Assembly (NCBI GenBank): GCA_030264375.1
Contig: JASCQW010000109.1
Location: 18,858,685 to 18,922,674 of the forward strand
Direction of reading: 5' to 3'
Length of the DNA: 63,990 bases
Origin: Carcharhinus longimanus
Taxonomy: Eukaryota
Below are positions 1 through 9,681 of this stretch, one piece after another (within the stretch, counting starts at the first letter, position 1; each line of letters starts with the position of its first letter). The notes below the pieces were generated by a model that worked only from the letters and a program-made list of their open reading frames with translations, was not told where the DNA came from and ran no database searches. The position numbers and the translations under genes are program-made.

Positions 1-699
1 GAAGGAACAGCGCTCTGAAAGCTTGTGATTCCAAATAAACCTGTTGGACTTTAACCTGGTGTTGTGAGACTTCTTACTGTGCCAACCCTAGTCTAACACC
101 AGCACCTCCACATTATAATTGACAATGTCACTGACTTTTCTTAATCTACATAAAACCGCAGGAAAGGTGAACAATCACAGGCACAGCTTAAGGAAGAGAA
201 ACCATAAAATGTTTTCCTACTCTGTAATTTACTGATGCATTATTAAAAATCTACCTTTCTTGATGTCAGTGTATTTGCAGATGATAAACATCTGCTACCA
301 AATTCCTTCTTCTGCTGTCTACGCTTGATAGACCAATCCCACCCATGACAAATAATCATCCAAAAGCCTCCTAACGTTATTAATTGAGATAAAAAAATTT
401 GATAGGAATGTATTGCATAGAATTCTAGCTCTATTTTTTAAAACATCAAAAGATTTAGAGTACCCAGAGTCTGATAGCGACATCTGTGACTACCAATGTT
501 CAAACAGAAATATTACTGTACTTTGGAAACAAAAAAAGTTATGAGAATAATAACATATAGCTATGTAATTATAAAAATATTTTGAATCCTTTTTAGTAAT
601 TTGATGCGCAACACTAACATTATATGGAGAGACATTCAGATATTCCCTTGAACATGCTTCATTCCTTATTTAAGGTAATAGTAATTAATGAGTTCATTC

Positions 700-1120
700 C
701 TCTGATTCCTGGAATGAAAGGTTTAACTTATGTGGACAGGTTGGACTTGTATCCATTGCAATTTAGGAAAATCAGAGCTGATTTTATTGAAACAAAAAAA
801 GATTCTGAGGAGACTTGACAGGGTGGATGCTAAGAGGCTGCTTCCCTTTGTAGGGAGTCTTGAGGGGACATACGGGCCTTCTATTTAGGACTTCTTTCTC
901 TCAGAGTGCCATTAGCCTGTGAATTGCTCTTCCCCAGACAGCAGTAGAGACTGGGTCGTTGAATGCATTTAACTCTGTGTTAGATAGATTTTTGATTGAC
1001 AATGGAGTCAAGGCTCACGGAGGATAAATGGGAAAGTTGAGTTGAGGCCACAGTCAGATAAGCTATGATTGTATTGAATGGTGGAGCAGACCGATGGGCT
1101 GAATGGCCTATTCCTGCTCC
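700..1120 (+). mobile_element. CR1-type LINE 3' fragment
   Basis: Degenerate end of RT ORF (GMKGLTYVDRLDLYPL..) plus the typical 3' tail gggctgaatggcctattcctgctcct. Confidence 0.65.
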
Positions 1121-1777
1121 TAACCAACACTCACTGTGGTCTGGTGGAGATGCCGGTTTGAAACTGGCGCATAAAGTCCAAGTGGCCAACATCAGTGGTG
1201 GCCTGCACTAATTTCAGAAAAAACACACTGCAACGATCTGATGGGTAATACCTCTGCAATATGACGAGGAGACTGGAGAATGGAGAATGTGGCTTTTTTT
1301 TGGATGAGAAAGTTTTCATATAATTTGTCCCTCTGTCACATGGGCCCAATATTTTAATATTATAGATCTAGCCAACCTCAACTGAATTGAAGCCAAATAA
1401 AGGTGCAAATGAGAACTCATTGCTCCTACATGCTGGTGTTTCTGGATAGGGAATTAATTGAATCAATTGTTGAGGTCTGTGGGGTTTAGCTATTAAGAAG
1501 GGGGATGTTTGTTAAATCCAATCATCTTTTCTTACTCCTAAATATGCCAAACATCCAATGCCTGACTGTAATCATATGATCAAATTAAGGAAAAGTCTGT
1601 ATTTTTAATGTTTTATATAATACATTAATAAATATTACAGCCTCAGCAATAACAACACAATAACATCAACATTGACTAAAAGCGTCTGTTCTGTTAAAGT
1701 CGTGAGACTTAATTAGAAGCCAGTATTCAATAAAGCTCCCATTCAGGATCTGGAAACAATCTGTTTAATAAACCTAC

Positions 1778-2095
1778 CATCTTTACTGATCGTTCTGATG
1801 ATTGGCAAAGACAGGGCTTCATGCGAAACAATGCAGGTATAACGAGAGCCACTGAGCCATTGCGATGTTGAAATTGCTAATTTGCTGATCATGGTGTAAT
1901 GGCCATCTGAATCCATCAGTCCACCTGAGTGTAGAATTTCTGAAAATACCTGCGCGCCTCCTTTATACCAAGACACAGATATTTTTTTGGGGTAGAAGCC
2001 TTTCGACACGCAAACAATTGTACTGCCAGTCTGCTGGGAAATTCCCCTGGAAGGTGCGTAATGGACATTCACTGAAGGCGGTGTTGATAAAATGG
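1778..2095 (-). CDS. Gene A exon 3, C1-set Ig constant-type domain
   Basis: PPSV...IVCVSKGFYPKKISVSW...SQWLSGSRYTCIVSHEALSLP; 318 nt, phase 1-1, ttcag/gtagg. Confidence 0.9.
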
Positions 2096-5000
2096 CTGAA
2101 AGTAGAAAGGGGGTGGGGGGAAGGTAATTAATTTCCATTATATTTCACCACATTAAAACAACATGGCCTATCACAGCTCTGATTAAAGCTAGTTGCAAGG
2201 AATCTCTTACATATTTCTCTAATCCAGTTTCTGTGCTCATTTAAAGTTACGCATTAGATTTGTTCTACAGCCAGGCTCCTCAAAATATTTCCTTTTGTGT
2301 TTTTCCCATATTTGTGCTTCAAATTATGTGACTGGGCTGAGGATTAAACGTTTAAACAGTTGGTATTAGACTGTTGGGAAAACTTGGGTTCATCTGCTTT
2401 GAAAGAAGATGTACATTGATAGCCCTTATGGAGCTATAAACTGGTTTAAACAAACAAGGTCAGGACATTAGGAAATAATTTGTGTAAAGTTTAATGCCTG
2501 AATTGACCTTTGAGCTTGGACTGTAGGGGAATGATCTGGATTAATTTGGCAGATAGTTAACACTGTATTAAGGAATCAGTAGATTTCTATGGATTGGCTG
2601 AGCAGCCTCTTGCATTAGTTTCTTTCTCTATGAAATTTAATGTATCCTGGGTAAATTAAACTTACAAATATAGTATACATTTCAAAGCAAGAGAACACTT
2701 TATTATCTAATTTGGGAAAATCAAACACAACATCATTGATAAATGTGCAATTAAATGAATGGTATTCTTGAAGTTCGCATAGTTGATCCATCTGTACCAG
2801 CTTCACTACATTGGCTCTGCCCTCATCCATCTGTACCAGCTTTACCCCATTGGCTCTGTCTCATTCCATCTGTAAGATGTCTCACAACACCAGGTTAAAG
2901 TCCAACAGGTTTATTTGGTGGCAAAAGCCACTGGCTTTCAGAGCGCTTCTTCCCTTTCATCAGGAGAGTCACCTGACAAAGGTGCAAGCGCTCCAAAAGC
3001 TAGTGGATTTTGCTACCAAATAAACCTGTTGGACTTTAACCTGGTGTTGTGAGACCTCTTACTGTGTTTACCCCAGTCCAATGCCGGCATCTCCATATCA
3101 TTCCATCTGTACCAGCTTCGCCCCATTGGCTCTGCCCCTGATCCATCTGTACCAGCCTCACCCCATTGGCTCTGCCCAACTCCACTGTACCAGCTTCTCA
3201 TGCCCAATACTTGGCAGGAAGAATTAAAAATTGGTATGTTCCTTAAGTGAAGAGAGATTGCTATACAGAGGGATCTGGATGTTCCTAGCACATGAACAAC
3301 AGAAAGTTAGCATGCAGGTACAGCAAATGATTAAGAAAGCAAATGGAGTAATTTAGTTTCTCACAAGGGGAATGTAATATTAAAGGAGGGATGTTTTGCT
3401 CCAGTTGTATAAGGTGTTGTGAAACCACATCTAGATTATGATGTACAGTTTTAATCTCCTTATTTAAGGAAGGACAAACTTGTATTAGAGACAATTCAGA
3501 GAAGGTTCACTTGATTGATTCCTGGGATGGAGGCAGTTACCTTCAGAGGAAAGGTTGGAAAGGCTGGGCATTGGAATTTAGAAGATTGAGAAGTGATCTT
3601 CCTGAAATATATAATGTCCTGAAGAATCCCGATAGAGTGGATACTGGGAGCATCATTCCTCTTGTTGGAGAGACTAGAACTAGGAGACACAATTGAAAAT
3701 TAACCGGTCTCCCATTTAAGACAGGGGCAAGAACATTTTTCTCTCAGAGTGTTGTGAGTATTTGGAACTCTCTTCCTCAAGAGTGGTGGAGGCAAGGACA
3801 TAGAATCTAATCAAATCTGTGTTAGATATGTTTTTGATCTACAATGGGGTCAAGGGTTATGGGGGATGGTGAGGAATTTGGAGTTGGAGCCATAATTAGA
3901 TCAGCCATGATCTTACTGAATGGCTGAGCACATTTGAGGGCTGAATGGCATAGAGCTCCTAAAACTTGTGTTCAGATTTATCTCCCCCATTGACTCCATC
4001 CCATTCCACCTGTACCAGTTTCATCCAGTTGACTCTCCCCCAGTCCATCTGTAACAGGTTGATATCATTGACTTTGTTCCATATAAATTAATTCAAAAAT
4101 ATCCAGAAGAAAAACATCAAGACATCCTCAATTACCACAGTAAAAAAGAAATACCTTATACCAGTATAGTCACCAATATTATTTTTAAAAATTCTTTGAT
4201 GAGATGTGGACACGACTGGCAACTGCCAGCATTTGTTGTCCATCCCGAATTGCCATTTCAGCGTACTGTTAAGAAACAACCACGTTGCTGTGTTTGGAGT
4301 CACATGTAGGCCAGACCAGGTAAGGATGGCAGATTTCTTTCCTTAAAGTTTTTAAAGTTTAGTGTCACAAGTAGGCTTACATTAACACCACAATGAAGTT
4401 ACTGTGAAAATCCTCTAGTTGCCACATTCCGGCACCCGTTTGGGTACACCGAGGGAAAATTCTGCATGGCCAATGCACCTAACCAGCACATCTTTCAGAC
4501 TGTAGGAGGAAACTGAAGCACCTGGACAAAACCCATACAGACACAGGGAGAATGTGCAGACTCTGCACAGACAGTGACCCAAATTGGGAATCAAACTCAA
4601 GTCCCTGGTGCTGTGAGGCATCAATGCTAACCACTTTGACACCATGCTGCTCACAATAAAGAAAGATGCATTTGTATGACCATCAACAATGGCTTCATGG
4701 TCATCAATAGATTCCTAATTCCTAATTTTTATTAAATTCAAACCTCACCCTTTACCATGTCATTACCCCGGTCCGTGGATTACTAGCCAGTGACAACACC
4801 ACTGCCTTATGATCCCCATTCCAATCTGAGGAACAGATTATATATGAAATGATTATAGGACNNNNNNNNNNNNNNNNNNNNNNNNNNNNNNNNNNNAGGT
4901 TCTTTCCTAGCTATGGCTGGGGACGGGTGGTGGTGGGGTGGTGGGGGCTGGCAGTTTGATTCAAGTCATTTGGCAGCCAGAGTAAATCCTCCCACTCGGC

Positions 5001-5505
5001 TAAATATTTCCCATCACTTACTTGGTTTCACCTTCAGCGTGGTTCCACAGCCACACCAGTCATCAGCTTCTTTCTCATTTTGACAATAGTATCTGGCCGA
5101 ATCCTCCAGTTTCACGTTGTCGATTTTTAAAGTGTATTTGCTCTCACCGGAAAAACGGGGCTCGATCCCCGGCATTCGGGTAAAATTGCTGGATCCCTGT
5201 CTCCAGGACACGAGCCACTTGATCTCGGTGGAGCCAGGTGGTACATAACCCCACTTGGTAAGGAGATTGGTCTGGCTGGTTCCACACTGGAGTGTCACCG
5301 ATTCTCCCTCCTGACTGAACACAGTGGTGGATGGTATGTGTAGAGCAGTGTGGGAGACAAGTGGATCTGAAATGGAAAAAAAGAGATGGGAACTGTTCAG
5401 GAGAATTCCAGTGAGGACAATGTGAAGATGAAGACAATGTAGGGAGCTTGGCTCTTTACCCGTCTGGAGGAGAATCAGAAAGAATGACCAAAACATCCTT
5501 TGCAT
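1778..5505 (-). CDS. Gene A: non-rearranging antigen-receptor-like IgSF gene (leader + germline VJ domain + C1-set domain); 3' end unresolved or off-window
   Basis: Exons 5505-5460 (leader MQRMFWSFFLILLQT; alternative ATG 5511), 5366-5022 (V) and 2095-1778 (C1). All introns are GT-AG and phase 1, and the exons join in frame. About 50% aa identity by eye to gene B V and first C1. Confidence 0.85.
2787..3200. repeat. ~39-bp minisatellite (ccatctgtaccagcttcaccccattggctctgccc) interrupted by a palindromic element; further units at 3985-4080
   Basis: Repeated units visible at 2787-2875, 3102-3200 and 3985-4080. Confidence 0.7.
2879..3100. mobile_element. Short palindromic Penelope-terminus-derived element
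   Basis: tctcacaacaccaggttaaagtccaacaggtttatttgg... and its reverse complement lie within ~180 bp. The same sequence forms the termini of the element at 55.9-57.5 kb; fragments also occur at 1-115, 24664-24731 and 39907-40020. Confidence 0.7.
3200..3965 (+). mobile_element. CR1-type LINE 3' fragment
   Basis: Degenerate RT C-terminus and CR1-like 3' tail. Confidence 0.7.
4355..4655 (-). mobile_element. HE1-like tRNA-derived SINE inserted in an older repeat (4190-4810)
   Basis: Reverse complement of ggtggttagcattgatgcctcacagcaccagggac..gattcccaat (A/B-box-like head). Confidence 0.7.
5022..5366 (-). CDS. Gene A exon 2, V-set Ig domain with fused J-like G strand
   Basis: EGESVTLQC...KWGY...RFSG..YTLKIDNVKLEDSARYYC...WCGCGTTLKVKP; acceptor tttcag, donor gtaagt. 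Confidence 0.9.
5460..5505 (-). CDS. Gene A exon 1, signal peptide (46 nt)
   Basis: Hydrophobic MQRMFWSFFLILLQT+G followed by a GTAAAG donor; 93-nt intron; aligns with the gene B leader. Confidence 0.8.
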
Positions 5506-7479
5506 TTTCATCTGGGTGGCTGCTTCCACTACACGCCGATGAGAAGCTCAAGTGCAGTTTTGTTCCCCAGAGGAGGATTTAGGTCATGTACTTCCTTCTT
5601 CTTTTGCTTTTATCAGCTTTGCAAGTTAAAAGTTGTGAAGATTGCCTCTAAATCTGCAGTCAACACTGGATAGAGACCTTCTGATCTCCACCCTTTCCCA
5701 CAAACTGCTTCCTGGTGTCAGAAATATCTCGTTAGCAACAAGAAAACTGGAGACATTTGGATTTGTCGACCTGGTCTTGTTAAAGTGAAAAGGGTAAACG
5801 TGGAGACTTAGTTCAACTACATTGCAAGAGCAGGATACTGGGAAGACAATTTGAGTTTGGCAAGTTCTCCAGAGAAAGAGTGATCCACACTTAAATGAAT
5901 TCTCAGGAAAGTCCTGGTACTGTCTGCAAAAGAAGGTTATTTTTAACTTCGGTAGTTTTGCCGAATTGGCGAAATTATTCACTAACCGAAAGGGAAAGAT
6001 AACCAGTTTCTTGCAATACTGAGCCACTAATAGAATACGAGAGTCAGTGTCTGGATATGTCCTGTCAGGAGTTTTCACATTTTTCAGTGTTAGATATTCC
6101 ATGTTATTCCAAAACTTTCAGCTGTGAATTAACTTACTGGGCATCTGTCATAAACAAATTTTGTTGAGTGATTGCAGGAAATTGCTCCATAAGATATAAG
6201 ACTAATACTTTTAACTATTTACTTTAAACATATAGATTGCCACAACTACATTAAGAAAGTATAACTTTGTTTATTTACCTAGAACATGATTTATGTTAGA
6301 CTGGGTGTGATCTAACAACAACATTGTATAGTTACCTTTAGCAGAATAAAGTGCTTTGCAGGAGCAATATAAAATTAAATTTGACAACAAGCCACCTAAG
6401 GCAATCTTAGGGCACAAAGCAAAATGCTCGTCACTGAGGTGACATTTAAGAATCATCGAGGAGGAGGAAATAAAGTCGAAGAGGATAGAGATTGGACAAC
6501 TAAAAACATAGCTACCAGTGTGATGGAGTGATTAAAATCAAGAGGCCTGCATTAGATGAGTGCAAACACCAAGGAGCTTTATGAGTCTGGAGGAGATTAC
6601 AGAGATATTGCTGGGCAAGGCCACAGAGGGATTTGAAAACATGGATGAGAATTTTAAATTTAAATTGCTTGACCGCGAACCAATGTCAGTCAGCAATTAC
6701 AGGGGTGATAGGTGAATAGGATTTGGTGCAAGTTAGGTCATGAGCAGTAGAATTTTGGATGATCTCAGGTTTACAGAAGTCAGTTACACTCAGAATCATG
6801 GCACAATGTGTAGTGGGGAGGTTGTGCTCTCTCCCCAACTTGCACTGGGCCCAATGGTTGATATGGTGCCTGTTAACCAGGTCCACACCAACAGTTGGTG
6901 CCGATGGTGGAGAGTGCAAGGTTCCCCATGATCTGTGAGTGAGGGAGTGGTTTCTTTGGCAGACTTGTGGGCTAGGGTCAGGAGGACGCAGTCAGAAATA
7001 TGGTGAAGGAGCCACTGAGAGTGGCCCAATAGGTAAACTTGGGAACCAGTACTAGCTGCTATGGATTGATGAAGACGGAAGGGATAGCATGGAATACCCT
7101 GAGTTCAGGATGCCCCAAGACACTGAAGATGCAATTTATGGTTTGGATGGTAAGCTCACTTGTGTCTCATTTGTTTGAGTGAATCAATCAACAGGAGTGC
7201 CACGGCTTGGGACACTTCAGCTTGGAGATGAGCTCCCAACATGTTGGAAATCTTTTTATATGTTAACTTTTTTGAGCACAATGAACACTTACTGAACTGG
7301 AAATTTAGTCTGCTTCTGTTCTGCAATACACCTGGAAAGCTAGTTAAGCCTTATTTTAAGAATCCTTACCAGTACATGTTTAGCTACCTTCTTTTGGTAA
7401 ATTGCTTGCGTACATTGTCAAAAGCTTTTTTTTGACAACAGTGTTAACCATTGTGCCACTGTGTTGCCCTAGTCAAGGT

Positions 7480-9500
7480 GTAAAAGTGGAGGAGTGGGGG
7501 TGGGAAGAGAAATAAATTCAATACTATTACTGGAGAAAAAGCATGAAGGAAACTAATGGGACTAAATGTCAATAAGTCCCCAGGACCTAATAGTTTGCAT
7601 CCTAAGATATTAAAGGAAGTAACTACAGAGATAGTGGATGCACTTGTAGTAATCTTCCAAGAATCTTTAAATTCTGGAAAAGTCCCAAGGATTGGAAAAC
7701 TGCCAATAACACCCTTATTCACAAAGGGAGGGAAACAAAAACAGGTAACTATAGTCCTGTTAGCTTAATGTCTGTTGATGGGAAAATGTCCATTATAAAG
7801 GACATCATTTGTGCAGAGCATTTAGAAATACATAATATAATCAAGCAGAATCAGCATGGCCTCATGAAGGAGAAATCACGTCTGACAAAATTATTAGAAT
7901 TCTTTGAGATGGTAATGAGAAAGAAAGATAAAGTGGAACCAGTAGATGTAATATACCTGAATTTCCAAAAGGTGTTTGCGAAGGTACTGTATGAAAGGTT
8001 ACTTAATAAGGAACCCATGGTGTTGACGGTAGTATATTATCATGGATTGAGTATTGCCTGACAAATAGAAGGCAGATGGTTAGAATGAGAGGGACGTTTT
8101 CAAGATGGTGACCTGTAACTAGTGGAGTGCCACAGAATCAATTCTGGGGCCACAATCATTTATAATATATATTCATGACTTGGATGAGGGGAGTGAATGT
8201 ATTATTGTGAAGTTTGCAGATGACACAAAAACAGGTGAGAAGGCAAGTGATGAGGACGACACAAAGAATCTGCAGAGGGTTATAGACGGGTTAAGTGAGT
8301 GGGCAAAAACTTGGCAGATGAAATATAATGAAGGAAAATGTGAAATAGCGCACTGGCAAGAATAAAGGAACTGAATATTATTTAAATAGAGAGAGGCTGC
8401 AGAAAGCTACAGCACAGAGAGATTTGAGGGTCCTCATGAATAAATCACAAAAAGCTAGCAAGCAAGTTCAGCAGGTAATAGGGAAGACAAATAAAATGCT
8501 GGCCTTTATTTCAAAAGGAATGGAGTATGAAAACAAGAAAGCTTTGCTAAAGCTACACAAGGCACTAGTTAGACCACTTATGGAATACTGTGAACTGTTT
8601 GGTCCCCTTATCTAAGGAAAGATACATTGGCATTGGAGGCAGTTCAGAGATTGATTCTGGGTACGGAATGCTTATCTTGCAAGGAGAGATGAAGTAGGTT
8701 GGGCCTGGACTCATTGGAATTTAGAAGAATGGGTGGTAAATATCTCTTATTGAGATATTTAAGATTCTCAGGAGGTTTGACAGGGTAGATACTGAGAGGT
8801 CATTTTCTGCTGTGGAAGAGTCTAGAACCAGAGGGCATAAGCACAGATTAAGGGGTCACCTGTAATGAGAAGGAATTTCTTCTCTTGATGGAGTTTAGAA
8901 GGATAAGGGGGCATCTAACTGAAACTTACAGAATACCGAGAGGCCTAGATAGAGCAACATGGAGAGGATGTTTTCAGTACTGGGAGAGACTAGAATTCAC
9001 AGCCTCAGAGTGAAGAGACATTCCTTTAAAGCTGAGATGAGGAGGAATTTCTTCAGCCAGAGAGTGGTGAAACTGTGGTACTCATTGCGATAGAGAGCTG
9101 TGGAAGCCATTGAGTGTCCTTAAGACAGAGATAGGTAGGTTCTTGATCAATAAGGGGATCAAGTGTTACGGGGAGAACTCAGGAGGATGGGGATGAGAAT
9201 CATATCAATCATGATTGAATGGTGGAGCGGACTCCATGGGCCAAATGGTCTAATTCTGCTCCTATCTCTCAGAGGGTAATGAACCTGTGGAATTCTTTAC
9301 CGCAGAGGGTTGTAGAGGCTGGGTCAGTAAGTATGTTCAAGGCTGAGATGGACAGATATTTAATCAGTGAGGGATTCAAGGGTTATGGGGATACAGTGGG
9401 AAAATGGAGTTGAGGATTATCATATCAAATCAGTCACGATCTCATTGAATAGCGGAGCAGACTCGATGTGCTAAATGGTCTACTTCTGCTCCTGTATCGC
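7480..9500 (+). mobile_element. Decayed CR1-type LINE RT region (two or more nested 3' ends) in the gene A/B intergenic spacer
   Basis: KSPGPNSLHPKILKE, QHGLMKEKS.LT.LLEFFE and KFADDTK motifs, with frameshifts and stops. Confidence 0.85.
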
Positions 9501-9635
9501 GGAAAGCAGAACCATTCATGCTGATATAGCAGAAAGGAAATTCAAGAATCACCCTCCCTTGAGCCACAGAACCTCACTTGAATTTCCCAGTCAGGCTGTG
9601 TCAGGCTAAGCTGAACTGGGCAAACCGAGCTGGAA

Positions 9636-9681
9636 ATGCAGGGGATGATCTGCACCTTTCTCCTGCTCGCCCTGCAGATGG
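9636..9681 (+). CDS. Gene B exon 1, signal peptide (46 nt)
   Basis: MQGMICTFLLLALQM+G|gtaagc; 113-nt intron. Confidence 0.85.

Noticed and set aside
2787-4080. CRISPR-like spaced repeats
   Set aside because: Vertebrate DNA; the units are a degenerate tandem minisatellite broken by TE insertions.
5014-5529. ORF-track 171-aa single-exon protein
   Set aside because: It reads through the 93-nt in-frame leader intron and past the V donor; the spliced model matches the paralog.
5626-6102. 158-aa ORF upstream of gene A
   Set aside because: No recognisable domain, composition or splice support; probably a chance ORF in the promoter region.
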